From a bacterium (GTDB lineage: Bacteria > Bacteroidota > Bacteroidia > B-17B0 > Aurantibacillaceae): a stretch of 64,000 bases of DNA. A program made the position numbers and the translations under genes. Below are positions 28,328-37,759 of the stretch, in pieces. Each line of letters opens with the position of its first letter. Position 1 is the first letter of the stretch. The notes under the pieces are model-generated. The model was not told where the DNA came from, did no database searches, and saw only the letters and a program-made list of their open reading frames with translations. The DNA is taken from contig JAQSCW010000023.1 of NCBI GenBank assembly GCA_029945625.1, positions 83,885 to 147,884 on the forward strand. The letters run 5' to 3'.

Positions 28328-28556
28328 CCACTAAGGCACTAAGTACACTCAGATACACTGAGGAGGTTTACAGTAGGCAGGGACGGTTGGCGTTAGCATA
28401 CCACTAAGCACTAAGTACACTCAGGAACACTAAGGAGGTTTTCAGTAGGCAGGGGCAGTGGGCAGTTGGCGGTAGCATACCGTTAAGGCACTAAGTACAA
28501 TCAGGAACACTAAGGATGTTTTTAGTCGGCAGGAGCAGTGGCCAGTAATCAGCAGG
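28328..28556. repeat. Tandem repeat, three units of about 73-79 bp
   Basis: Units start at 28328, 28401 and 28480. The shared core is CCACTAAG(G)CACTAAGTACA(C/A)TCAG(A/G)(T/A)ACACT(G/A)AGGA(G/T)GTTT(A/T)CAGT(A/C)GGCAGG..., and the unit ends are more divergent. Confidence 0.9.
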
Positions 28557-28747
28557 CTGAAGCAGTGTGTTTGTGCGCGGCCTTATGCGGGTTCTACGCT
28601 TTATTTGAAATTTAACGTTAAATCCTTGTTCTCATAACCGCCAAGAGTGCTGAGGAAATAATTCGCTGAGGCCGCAGAGTAAAAAGACTTAATACATTTG
28701 CTTTGCGAACTTGGCGCCTACATTGCGTCTTTGCGGTTTTTGCATCT

Positions 28748-29185
28748 CTAATAACCCGCTTTTGCTGCATCGTAGGCATTAAAGGTGCCAATGGCTTTGG
28801 CGATCAATTTATTTTCACGATTTACGCAGAGCACTTCACATTCTGAAATCAAAATGCGTTTGCCTTTTTGGATCACTTTTCCTGTTGCTACCAATTGGTC
28901 GCCTAAAAATACCGGAGCAAGAAAATTCGTTTTATATTCTACCGTACTTACCACTTTGTTTTGCGAACACACTGCCGAAAGGGCGGCTACTCCCAATGCA
29001 CTGTCAACCAATGTGGCAATTAATCCTCCGTGGGCAGATAGGGGAGTGGCCAGATGTTTTTCTTGAATGGTAAGATGATAACTTACTTCACCCTCGGAAA
29101 TAATTTTATAATCCATGCCAATCAATTTTCCGAAGGCATTACTCCGGTCGTATTTGTGGATGAGGTCAAAATTTGTTGTCATCAT
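28748..29185 (-). CDS. PaaI-family hotdog thioesterase
   Basis: I prefer the start at MMTTNFDL (29185); the track ORF extends to 29290. Motifs HLATPLSAHGGLIATLVDSALG and a C-terminal GKRI...E strand pattern fit the PaaI/YbgC-like family. Confidence 0.75.
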   Translation of the reverse strand: MMTTNFDLIHKYDRSNAFGKLIGMDYKIISEGEVSYHLTIQEKHLATPLSAHGGLIATLVDSALGVAALSAVCSQNKVVSTVEYKTNFLAPVFLGDQLVATGKVIQKGKRILISECEVLCVNRENKLIAKAIGTFNAYDAAKAGY

Positions 29186-29378
29186 ACTAAAGCCGCTTGT
29201 GATTTTGTCTGCAAATCTAATCAAATCGAAACTACCTCCGTTATTTTTTTGAGGACAGGGAGGGTGAAAATAGACTTCGAGGCGCATCAATCTGTTTTAC
29301 GAATGCTGTTACAGCATGTTAACAAACGAAAAGGTAGGAATTAAGTCACCTATTATTTTACCTTGAATGAAAGATCGC

Positions 29379-29409
29379 AAAAAAAAGCCCCCACCAACGG
29401 ATGAGGGCT
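29379..29409 (-). terminator. Intrinsic terminator after the PNGase F-like gene
   Basis: The minus strand reads AGCCCUCAU-CCGUUG-GUGGGGGCU followed by U8. Confidence 0.75.
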
Positions 29410-29428
29410 TTAATTCAAAAATCACTTT

Positions 29429-31390
29429 CTATTTCTGAACCACTAGTTTCCGTGTTACGGTAGAATGATCCTGCAACTTAATAGTTACTAGGTAAACACC
29501 TTCTGACATGCTGGCAATATCAATAGTTTCGTATAGTCCATCCACGTTATTCAAAGTTTTCGTCCGTATTACCCTGCCATTGATATCTGCAATGGAATAG
29601 GTCACATTTTGACTTTTATTCAGGTCGAGTTTCAAGTACGCCAAAGTTTGTGCTGGGTTAGGAAATACCTCAATCGAATTCAAACTTTCATCTAGGCGCG
29701 CAATTCCTGTAGTATCAACCGGTGGTGCAGGATCGGGCAGAACGTAGAAGTATTTGGTAAAATTACAACCGAAATCAACGGGATAAGAAAAGATCAGGCC
29801 CGGAGCGTTTGTTCTCTCAAGTGCCATCGAACCGCTGCCCTGATTGGTATTGGCCCACCAATAGAGTCCGTCGCATCCCGAATCGTCGAGTCGTAAACGG
29901 TAACAGCCGGGAGGAAGATTACTAATGGTATCGCGGTATAAAGTGGTGTTATTCATGGGTCCGCTTGATACTACCGCTATGTCATTCTCATCGTAAAGAG
30001 TCCAGTAATTTTGAGCAGCCAAATTATTTGTCAGCAAGCGCACCACAAAACTTTTAGGAAAAACAGAAACCGGCATGGTGGTTGATTTATAGATGTTGTT
30101 GAACACATTATCGTCGGAAGGGCTATTGTTCACCGATACCACCGATACTTGGAACACCGCACTCACAGAGGTAGAAAGAATAGAAGCTGAGGGAGGGAAG
30201 ACGGCATCTTGCGTTTCTAAAAAGGCAAGTGAGCCCGTCCAGGTGTAAGTGAGAGGAGTACCATTCTTTAAGCCGTAACTAAACACAATCGATTTCACAG
30301 TATCTGTTCCTGTATTCCGGATCTTTATTACCGGGTTACTGCATCGGCTATTCTGACGGATAAAATTATCGTCGTTGGTGGGGGCAATAATGTCTTCAAT
30401 AGAAACATCGCGTGAATTATTTGGGACTTTGTATTCCACCAGATGCGTCACGTAATTATAGCCACCCGAAGCGCTGGCAATGGTATAAGGCTGCATGTCG
30501 ATGTTCACTGTAAAATTGGTATTGGCACTTGTGTTGGGAGTAATATTATGGTAGATGGGCCACACAATGGCACCCGGACACCAATTGCCCCTGTTGTACA
30601 CCCAAGTGCCGGTTTGAGGATACACTTGATTTTCTCCACAATCGGTGCGCCACAATTGTTTTTGTGAGAGCATGGTGTTGTTAATATTGAGTTGGTAATA
30701 TTTGCTGCAGAATTCTGAACAGCCCGCATTGTCAGAGCCGTGTCCGCTCACGGTGTTTCTAATATATACTTTATTAGTAGGCGCAGTGTATGAAAAAGTT
30801 TTTGGCGTGAGATAATTTTCGATGGAATTGGTGGCATTACCAAAAGGGAAATAGCCATCGTAGATTTTTCTCACTTTTACGGCATCCATTGGCGGAATTC
30901 CCTCTATAAATTCAATTTTTAGAGTAATCGTAAAGCCCCACGAATAACCGGAATAATTGAATCGCATTCCCGTGCTGCCATCAAGTACACTGGCATAATC
31001 AGTTACCTCCATAATATAATCGTGTTTTTTGTTTAAACCTTGCCAGTCTGTTGCGTAAGGTGTGATCACCCGTCCTATTTCAACCGTATCTTTCCCTGTT
31101 GGGCGGGCGTAAATCTGCGTTGTATAATCCCAGGAGCCACAGTATTGAGGGTTACCGGGACAGGCATAACGACCCAAAATATAATGCATACGAATTTTTC
31201 GGTAACGTTTTCCGGTTGGGAAAATAGCGGTGGTATCGTAATTGCCGTATTGCGTAAGTTTCCTCAAATTCCAAACGGTTACCACGGTGGTATCACCCGG
31301 ATTTGCCTGTGCGGAAAAATTCAAGATCTCGGCCAGGATAAAAACAAATGCTAGTTTCCTCCAGCTGCTTTTGGTAGTGAGTTGTATCAT
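29429..31390 (-). CDS. PNGase F-like (peptide-N-glycosidase) domain protein with T9SS type A C-terminal sorting domain
   Basis: 653 aa with a signal peptide. EIGRVITPY, GCSEFCSKYYQLNINN and GNWCPGAIV parallel the EIGRFITPY, GCAEWC and GWCPGMAV blocks of Elizabethkingia PNGase F (recalled from memory). The last about 80 aa (IEVFPNPA...VYLVTIKL...RKLVVQK) are a Por secretion tail. Confidence 0.7.
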   Translation of the reverse strand: MIQLTTKSSWRKLAFVFILAEILNFSAQANPGDTTVVTVWNLRKLTQYGNYDTTAIFPTGKRYRKIRMHYILGRYACPGNPQYCGSWDYTTQIYARPTGKDTVEIGRVITPYATDWQGLNKKHDYIMEVTDYASVLDGSTGMRFNYSGYSWGFTITLKIEFIEGIPPMDAVKVRKIYDGYFPFGNATNSIENYLTPKTFSYTAPTNKVYIRNTVSGHGSDNAGCSEFCSKYYQLNINNTMLSQKQLWRTDCGENQVYPQTGTWVYNRGNWCPGAIVWPIYHNITPNTSANTNFTVNIDMQPYTIASASGGYNYVTHLVEYKVPNNSRDVSIEDIIAPTNDDNFIRQNSRCSNPVIKIRNTGTDTVKSIVFSYGLKNGTPLTYTWTGSLAFLETQDAVFPPSASILSTSVSAVFQVSVVSVNNSPSDDNVFNNIYKSTTMPVSVFPKSFVVRLLTNNLAAQNYWTLYDENDIAVVSSGPMNNTTLYRDTISNLPPGCYRLRLDDSGCDGLYWWANTNQGSGSMALERTNAPGLIFSYPVDFGCNFTKYFYVLPDPAPPVDTTGIARLDESLNSIEVFPNPAQTLAYLKLDLNKSQNVTYSIADINGRVIRTKTLNNVDGLYETIDIASMSEGVYLVTIKLQDHSTVTRKLVVQK

Positions 31391-31621
31391 ACTTTTTTAT
31401 AATTTAAGTAAATTTAGTGATAATATTTAATTCGGTTTAGAGAATTTCCAAAATTAATGGATTCATGGTAGAGCGCATAGAGAAGGCAAAGAAGTGGTCC
31501 TTTTACCCTTTAGGGAGGTATGGGCGGATTTTCAACAGCAATTATACATTATTGTCAATTGGAAGGCCAATTAAACGATGAAACATAGTATTTTCGTAGA
31601 TAATTTGAACGGCATTTCTTT

Positions 31622-34498
31622 ATGGTAGAAGAATTAATTGAGGAAGAATTTATTGAAGTAATTGGAGCGCGGTCGCACAATCTAAAAAACATTTCACTTA
31701 CAATTCCCCGTAATAAACTGGTAGTGATTACCGGTTTAAGCGGAAGTGGAAAATCTTCACTTGCATTCGACACCATTTATGCCGAAGGACAGCGCCGCTA
31801 CATTGAAAGTTTTTCTTCCTACGCCCGTCATTTTTTAGGAAACCTCGAAAGGCCCGATGTGGACAAGATCTCGGGTTTGAGTCCCGTTATTTCGATTGAA
31901 CAAAAAACGGTGAACAAAAACCCGCGTTCTACGGTTGGGACCATTACCGAGATTTACGATTTTTTACGTTTGCTCTTTGCCCGAGCAGGAGAGGCCTATT
32001 CATATAACACCGGCGAAAAAATGGTACGCTACAGCGACGATCAGATAGTGGATTTGATACTTTCAGAGTATGAAGGAAAAAAAATAAATCTTCTTGCTCC
32101 TGTAGTGAAAGGTCGTAAAGGCCATTACCGCGAGCTCTTTGAAGATGTTCGCAAGCGCGGTTTTACTAAAGTAAGGGTGGATGGCGAGATTATGGACGTG
32201 CTGCCAAAAATGCAATTGGACCGTTATAAAATTCACGACATTGAAATTGTGATCGATCGGCTGGAGGTAACACCCGATATTAAATCGCGCTTATATCAAT
32301 CGCTCCAAACTACCATGAAACACGGCAAAGGCACCATGATGGTGAGTGAAGTAGAGGTGGAGAAAGCGAAAACTAAAAAGAAGACTCAGTCATTTGGTTT
32401 TGGAAAGGTGCGTTTTTTTAGTCGTTACCTTATGTGTCCCACCACGGGCATCAGTTACGATGAACCGGCTCCTAATTTATTTTCGTTTAATTCACCTTAT
32501 GGGGCTTGCCCTCAATGTAACGGACTGGGTGAAGTGGCAGAGATAGACATTAGTAAAATTGTGACCCAGTCCAAATTGTCCATCGCCAAAGGGGCTATTG
32601 CTCCCATTGGGGTAATGAAAAGCGGAGGCGGCTGGATTTTTAAACAAATTGAATCCATTGGTCATGTATACGGATTTGATCTCAATACCCCGTTTGAGGA
32701 CATTGCTCCCGAAGCGGTGAATGTGATCTTATATGGCAATGATGAATTGTATAAAGTAAGCACCGAAGCAGGAACCTACGACACCAATTTTGAAGGCATT
32801 GCCACATTTATCACCAGGCAATCGGAAGATGACCCGAGTCCGGCCATGCTGCGCTGGGCTCAGGGCTTCACGGATAAAAAAGTATGTCCGACCTGCGCCG
32901 GCGCGCGTTTAAAAAAAGAATCTCTCTATTTTAAAATCGCTGAGAAAAATATTGCCGAAATCGGCGATCTGGATATTTCGGTGGTTCAGGTGTTTTTTAA
33001 AGATATTGAAAAACGCCTGAGTAAAAATCAAAATATTATTGGTGTAGAAGTGATTAAAGAAATTCGCTCACGCATTCAATTCTTGATGGAAGTGGGTTTG
33101 GATTATGTCACTCTCAATCGGTCGTCACGTTCATTGAGCGGAGGAGAAGCACAGCGCATTCGTTTGGCCACTCAAATTGGTTCGCAGCTGGTGGGCGTTT
33201 TATACATTTTAGATGAGCCGAGCATTGGTTTACATCAGCGTGATAATAAACGTTTAATTGAAGCTTTAAAAAATTTACGTGATGTGGGCAACAGTGTTAT
33301 TGTGGTAGAACATGATAAGGACATGATTGTGGAAAGTGATTATGTAATTGATATTGGTCCGGGTGCCGGGGTGCATGGGGGACGTGTGATCGCGGGAGCC
33401 AAACCTCAGGACATGCTGAAGTTTGATACCATGACTGCTAATTACATTACAGGAAAGATTCGTATTGAGGTGCCGAAAACGATTCGTAAAGGGAACGGAA
33501 AAAAAATTAGTTTAAAGGGTTGTACCGGACATAATTTAAAAAATGTGAGTGTTGATTTTCCACTTGGCAAATTTATTTGTGTAACGGGCGTGAGTGGCAG
33601 CGGGAAAAGTAGTTTGATCAACGAAACTCTGTATCCCTTGCTGGCGGCTCATTTTTATAATTCCGAAAAAAGACCGTTACCTTATAAATCAATTGCCGGA
33701 CTCGACCTTGTAGATAAAGTAATTGATATAAATCAATCGCCTATTGGAAGAACACCCCGGAGTAACCCTGCTACTTATACCAATGTGTTTTCTGATATCC
33801 GAAATCTGTTTTCTGAGATTCCCGAGGCGAAAATTAGGGGTTATAAACCCGGACGATTTTCGTTTAATGTAAAAGGCGGACGCTGCGAAACCTGTGGTGG
33901 AGCGGGTGTAAAGACCATAGAAATGAATTTTTTGCCCGATGTGTACGTTAATTGTGATGTGTGTAATGGCAAACGTTATAACAGAGAAACTTTGGAAGTG
34001 AGGTACAAAGGTAAATCCATCAGCGATGTGTTGAACATGACCATTGATCAGGCCTGCGAATTTTTTGAAAATGTTCCTTCTATTTATCGTCAAATCAAAA
34101 CCCTACACGATGTGGGCTTGGGATATATTACTTTGGGGCAACAAGCCACCACTTTGAGTGGGGGAGAAGCACAGCGCGTAAAGCTGGCTACTGAATTAAG
34201 TAAACGTGATACCGGAAATACATTTTATATTTTAGATGAACCTACCACTGGTCTGCACTTTGAAGATATCCGTATTTTATTAGAAGTGCTTTACCGTTTG
34301 GTGGATCATGGCAATACGGTATTGGTGATTGAACATAATTTGGATATTATTAAAGTGGCCGATCATATTATTGATATGGGACCTGAAGGTGGCCGAGGCG
34401 GTGGTGAGATCTTGTTTACAGGCACTCCGCAAGAACTCGCGAAAGACAAACGGAGTTATACGGCTCCCTTTTTGAAGAAGGAGCTGGCCGGGAAATAA
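31622..34498 (+). CDS. uvrA: Excinuclease ABC subunit A
   Basis: 958 aa. [23 protein letters not shown], two ABC ATPase modules (LSGGEAQR x2), and Cys clusters for zinc fingers. Confidence 0.97.
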   Translation: MVEELIEEEFIEVIGARSHNLKNISLTIPRNKLVVITGLSGSGKSSLAFDTIYAEGQRRYIESFSSYARHFLGNLERPDVDKISGLSPVISIEQKTVNKNPRSTVGTITEIYDFLRLLFARAGEAYSYNTGEKMVRYSDDQIVDLILSEYEGKKINLLAPVVKGRKGHYRELFEDVRKRGFTKVRVDGEIMDVLPKMQLDRYKIHDIEIVIDRLEVTPDIKSRLYQSLQTTMKHGKGTMMVSEVEVEKAKTKKKTQSFGFGKVRFFSRYLMCPTTGISYDEPAPNLFSFNSPYGACPQCNGLGEVAEIDISKIVTQSKLSIAKGAIAPIGVMKSGGGWIFKQIESIGHVYGFDLNTPFEDIAPEAVNVILYGNDELYKVSTEAGTYDTNFEGIATFITRQSEDDPSPAMLRWAQGFTDKKVCPTCAGARLKKESLYFKIAEKNIAEIGDLDISVVQVFFKDIEKRLSKNQNIIGVEVIKEIRSRIQFLMEVGLDYVTLNRSSRSLSGGEAQRIRLATQIGSQLVGVLYILDEPSIGLHQRDNKRLIEALKNLRDVGNSVIVVEHDKDMIVESDYVIDIGPGAGVHGGRVIAGAKPQDMLKFDTMTANYITGKIRIEVPKTIRKGNGKKISLKGCTGHNLKNVSVDFPLGKFICVTGVSGSGKSSLINETLYPLLAAHFYNSEKRPLPYKSIAGLDLVDKVIDINQSPIGRTPRSNPATYTNVFSDIRNLFSEIPEAKIRGYKPGRFSFNVKGGRCETCGGAGVKTIEMNFLPDVYVNCDVCNGKRYNRETLEVRYKGKSISDVLNMTIDQACEFFENVPSIYRQIKTLHDVGLGYITLGQQATTLSGGEAQRVKLATELSKRDTGNTFYILDEPTTGLHFEDIRILLEVLYRLVDHGNTVLVIEHNLDIIKVADHIIDMGPEGGRGGGEILFTGTPQELAKDKRSYTAPFLKKELAGK

Positions 34499-34501
34499 TT
34501 A

Positions 34502-35137
34502 TTATTCCCTCCTCATCACCATCAAACCATCTCTTAATGGCAAAAGAATTGTAGACACACGTTTATCCAGTTTCACCTTCTCATTAAACTGATGAATGGC
34601 CAGAGTTTCGGCATCCTTTTCCGCATCTAAAACTTTGCCGCTCCATAATACATTGTCGGCAATGAGGAGAGCGCCTGTGTTAACTTTATCAATTACCAAA
34701 TCGAAGTAAAGACCGTAATTTTTTTTATCGGCGTCAATAAATACGAGATCAAAGGTGTGTTTGAGTGTTGGGATAATGTTTTGTGCCTGACCTTCCATTA
34801 ATTCTATTTTTGTGGCAAATGGAGATCGTGAAATAAATTGTCTTGCAAAATGGTTGGTTTCTTCGTTGGGATCGATGGTGATCAATTTCCCATTATCACT
34901 GAGGCCTTCCGCCATGCAAAGTGCCGAGTAGCCGGTATAGGTGCCAATTTCGAGAATATACTTTGGGTTGGTGAGCTTCGAAAGAAAACTCAAAAATCGT
35001 CCCTGCAAATGGCCGCTGAGCATACGGGGACGTCCTATTTTAAGATGCGTTTCGCGATTCAGCTTTTTTAGAAGATCCGATTCCTGTTCCGAAAAGTTTT
35101 CGCAGTAATGGAAGAGTGCCTCTGAGATAAATTCCAT
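34502..35137 (-). CDS. Class I SAM-dependent O-methyltransferase (family 3, caffeoyl-CoA OMT/YrrM-like)
   Basis: 211 aa. ILEIGTYTGYSALCMA SAM motif and FDLVFIDADKKNY. Confidence 0.8.
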   Translation of the reverse strand: MEFISEALFHYCENFSEQESDLLKKLNRETHLKIGRPRMLSGHLQGRFLSFLSKLTNPKYILEIGTYTGYSALCMAEGLSDNGKLITIDPNEETNHFARQFISRSPFATKIELMEGQAQNIIPTLKHTFDLVFIDADKKNYGLYFDLVIDKVNTGALLIADNVLWSGKVLDAEKDAETLAIHQFNEKVKLDKRVSTILLPLRDGLMVMRRE

Positions 35138-35288
35138 GATGTAGAAAATTAAAGATTAAGAATTAAAACTCGTTATATAGATATTTGAGATCAAATAGTG
35201 TAACATATGTTAAGATGACCTTTCATTTGAAATTCTTGACTTAGTGCTCCTTTGTGCCCTGAGTGCCTGAGTGGTCTAGTATCGGTAA

Positions 35289-35864
35289 CTACGACAGTCT
35301 TTTATTTATGATCTTCGACACATTTCCAAAAACCTGACCGGGAGAGAATTTCCGCCAATCAAAATCATCCAGTTCACCTCCATAAATAAAATAATAGTCG
35401 ATGCGGGCTTTTTTAAATTCCTTCAATACATGTTCTCTGAAATTAAGGAGCGCAATCCATCCTTCATCGCCATTGTCCTCAAACCATTCTTCGTAATAAC
35501 TGTCGTCGCTCTCGTGAAAATTAAGTACGTTCTCTCCTATTAGAATAAACTTATTTATTCCCCGGTAACTGAGGTCCTCTACAATATCTCGTTTGAGGGT
35601 CATGATATCGTTATTAATGGCATCATTCCATTCGCCTATTAACTCTATGATGGCGTACTTTTCATCATAATCCACAAACAGAATTTTGATGTATAGGGTT
35701 TCGCTTCCCATGTCATCCCACTGAGGGTGGATGTAATAGTTGTAGATGGTATTGGAGTATTCAAATTCGCTGTATTCTCTTCCAAAGAATGGTGAATCGA
35801 CGTCCTCGGCCGCCACATACAAATGTTGCCAGTTATAAAACGGCTCAATGGAATGCATGTGCAA
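35289..35864 (-). CDS. Hypothetical acidic cytoplasmic protein
   Basis: 191 aa, rich in D/E/Y/W, with no signal peptide. The central IIELIGEWNDAINND...FILIGENVLNF segment is vaguely STAS-like. Co-directional with the phosphoglycosyl transferase and 49 nt downstream of it. Confidence 0.5.
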   Translation of the reverse strand: MHMHSIEPFYNWQHLYVAAEDVDSPFFGREYSEFEYSNTIYNYYIHPQWDDMGSETLYIKILFVDYDEKYAIIELIGEWNDAINNDIMTLKRDIVEDLSYRGINKFILIGENVLNFHESDDSYYEEWFEDNGDEGWIALLNFREHVLKEFKKARIDYYFIYGGELDDFDWRKFSPGQVFGNVSKIINKRLS

Positions 35865-35913
35865 ATTTACAATTAATGAATGAAAATAGAAGGGGAGAGG
35901 AGGATTGAAAATT

Positions 35914-36636
35914 TTATTTTTCGTGGGTACTGCTCACAGGCATTCTTTTAATGATCTTGATCTTAAGAGCTTCACGTATGGTTTCGAGGGCGGTGAGCAG
36001 GATAATTCGGACGTCCATACCTGTGGTGGCATGCTCTACATAATACAAATCCCACTGCAGCCGTTTATAGATGGAACGAATGTTTGGGGTGGGACCTCTA
36101 AATCCATTGATCTGGGCCAAGCCGGTAATGCCGGGTTCTACAAGATAACGGTTGTAATAGCCCGGAAATATGTCGGCAAAGTATTCGGAGTCTTTGATCA
36201 TGTGCGGACGAGGACCAACAATAGACATATCACCGAAAAGCACATTGATAAATTGAGGTAATTCGTCGAGGTTGGAAACCCTTAAGAACGTGCCCATGCG
36301 CGTGATGCGGGGATCATTAAGGGAAGCTTGAAGATCGTTGGCCGTTTTATTTACCCGCATGGTGCGCAGTTTAAAACAATTAAAGGTTTTCCCCCTATAG
36401 CCTGTTCTTTTCTGTTTAAAAAATACCGGACCGCGACTGTCTATTTTAATTAAAATTGCCAACAACGGGAGAAGCCAACTGAGTACCAACAGCACAATGA
36501 GTAAGGAGAAAAAAAGATCAATACTTCGTTTGATGATTAAAAAACTCCGACGTCGGTTTTCAACCGCTTCAACAAGTTGCTCGTTGTGTTCAAGGTGAAA
36601 GGCATCCTTGTCGAATATGGCGCTATTTTGAGTCAA
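35914..36636 (-). CDS. Undecaprenyl-phosphate sugar phosphotransferase (bacterial sugar transferase, small PglC/WbaP-C type)
   Basis: 240 aa. One N-terminal re-entrant hydrophobic helix, then FKQKRTG, KLRTM, DELPQFINVLFGDMSIVGPRP. Apparent TTG start. Confidence 0.85.
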   Translation of the reverse strand: MTQNSAIFDKDAFHLEHNEQLVEAVENRRRSFLIIKRSIDLFFSLLIVLLVLSWLLPLLAILIKIDSRGPVFFKQKRTGYRGKTFNCFKLRTMRVNKTANDLQASLNDPRITRMGTFLRVSNLDELPQFINVLFGDMSIVGPRPHMIKDSEYFADIFPGYYNRYLVEPGITGLAQINGFRGPTPNIRSIYKRLQWDLYYVEHATTGMDVRIILLTALETIREALKIKIIKRMPVSSTHEK

Positions 36637-36871
36637 AATTCAGTTTTTCAAGAGAGCACAAATTAATCAAAAATAAGACCAAGTGCCTTCGCTAAAGATT
36701 AAAAAGTACTAAAAGAATTAAAATTGTGAGCATAAAAATAGGAGAAAATTCCAAATAAAGGAATTTGTCGTTAAATAGTATTAAACAACTGACTGTTGGC
36801 GGTTTTGGCTATAAATGTGTTGCAACACCGATCGGCGGAAATGCCAAAAAAAAATTAAATAGTAAAATGTT

Positions 36872-37579
36872 TTAGCGGATGATGCTTTTTACAAGAGACT
36901 TTAGCGCCTGTGTTTTACCGGCCTTACCTTCAAGGGTATTCCAAAAAAGATCATGGTAAATGTGCAGGAGATCAGGATGAACCAAACGTTTGAGAGGCTT
37001 ATTCTCACTTCTATAAAAGGGACTGGAGGGACCTGTTACCAAAAACATATTTTGTTTGTACCAGTAATCGATCTTATCATCTTCCCAAAAGGGTTCACGC
37101 AGCACATCGTGCATGGTATAACGATTTTGGAAAAACAGATCTTGCCAATAGGATGGCCACTGTTCATTGAGGTGATTTTGCCCGCCCTGCCAAGGAATAG
37201 CGGCAGAAAAAACAATAGTTTGGCTGAGATTGCAAATACTTTTCACAAAGGTTGCTGCGTTTTTTGGGGTGATATGTTCTGCCACTTCAAGTGAAATAGC
37301 AAGGTCAAAACTGCGATTGCTGACGATCTCTTTTTCAAGATCGGTAGTAATGATCATTTCTTTCGGGATCACCACTTTATTCATGTCAAGATGTGCGCCA
37401 TCGTAGCCCACCAGATCGGTAATCTTATTATCGGCGAACACCTTCAACCAGGTGCCGAGTCCGCAGCCAATATCCACTACACTTTTGGGAGAATACAACT
37501 TAATGAGTTCGGGCACCACAATGGAAGAGGCTCTTGTATTGTGCTCCTCTTTGACATGAACATACTTATTTTTTTTCAT
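36872..37579 (-). CDS. Class I SAM-dependent methyltransferase
   Basis: 235 aa. VVDIGCGLGTW SAM motif and FDLAISLEVAEH. Confidence 0.75.
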   Translation of the reverse strand: MKKNKYVHVKEEHNTRASSIVVPELIKLYSPKSVVDIGCGLGTWLKVFADNKITDLVGYDGAHLDMNKVVIPKEMIITTDLEKEIVSNRSFDLAISLEVAEHITPKNAATFVKSICNLSQTIVFSAAIPWQGGQNHLNEQWPSYWQDLFFQNRYTMHDVLREPFWEDDKIDYWYKQNMFLVTGPSSPFYRSENKPLKRLVHPDLLHIYHDLFWNTLEGKAGKTQALKSLVKSIIR

Positions 37580-37759
37580 AAATTGGGGAAGTCGTTAATC
37601 AGAAAATAACACGATTCTCATTCGCTTAAGAATTCGTGTAATTTTTAATGGTTAATAATTGAGTACAATATTACTCTTTTTTATGAAACTAAGCTGCCGT
37701 AAAGTGCAGATTTTGCCTATTTTTAGGCAGTCAAGAATCAAAATCGGAATTGCATTTCT

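Noticed and set aside
28173-28358. 61-aa minus-strand ORF
   Set aside because: It lies entirely within the inverted-repeat and word-repeat region. It has no start context or motif and is probably an artefact of the repeats.
28328-28556. Possible CRISPR array
   Set aside because: The units are contiguous near-identical tandem repeats with no unique spacers between them. Unit length is about 75 bp, and no cas genes are in the window.
29186-29290. 35-aa N-terminal extension of the PaaI thioesterase ORF
   Set aside because: The extension has no counterpart in hotdog thioesterases. MMTTNFDLIHKY gives the expected length of about 145 aa.
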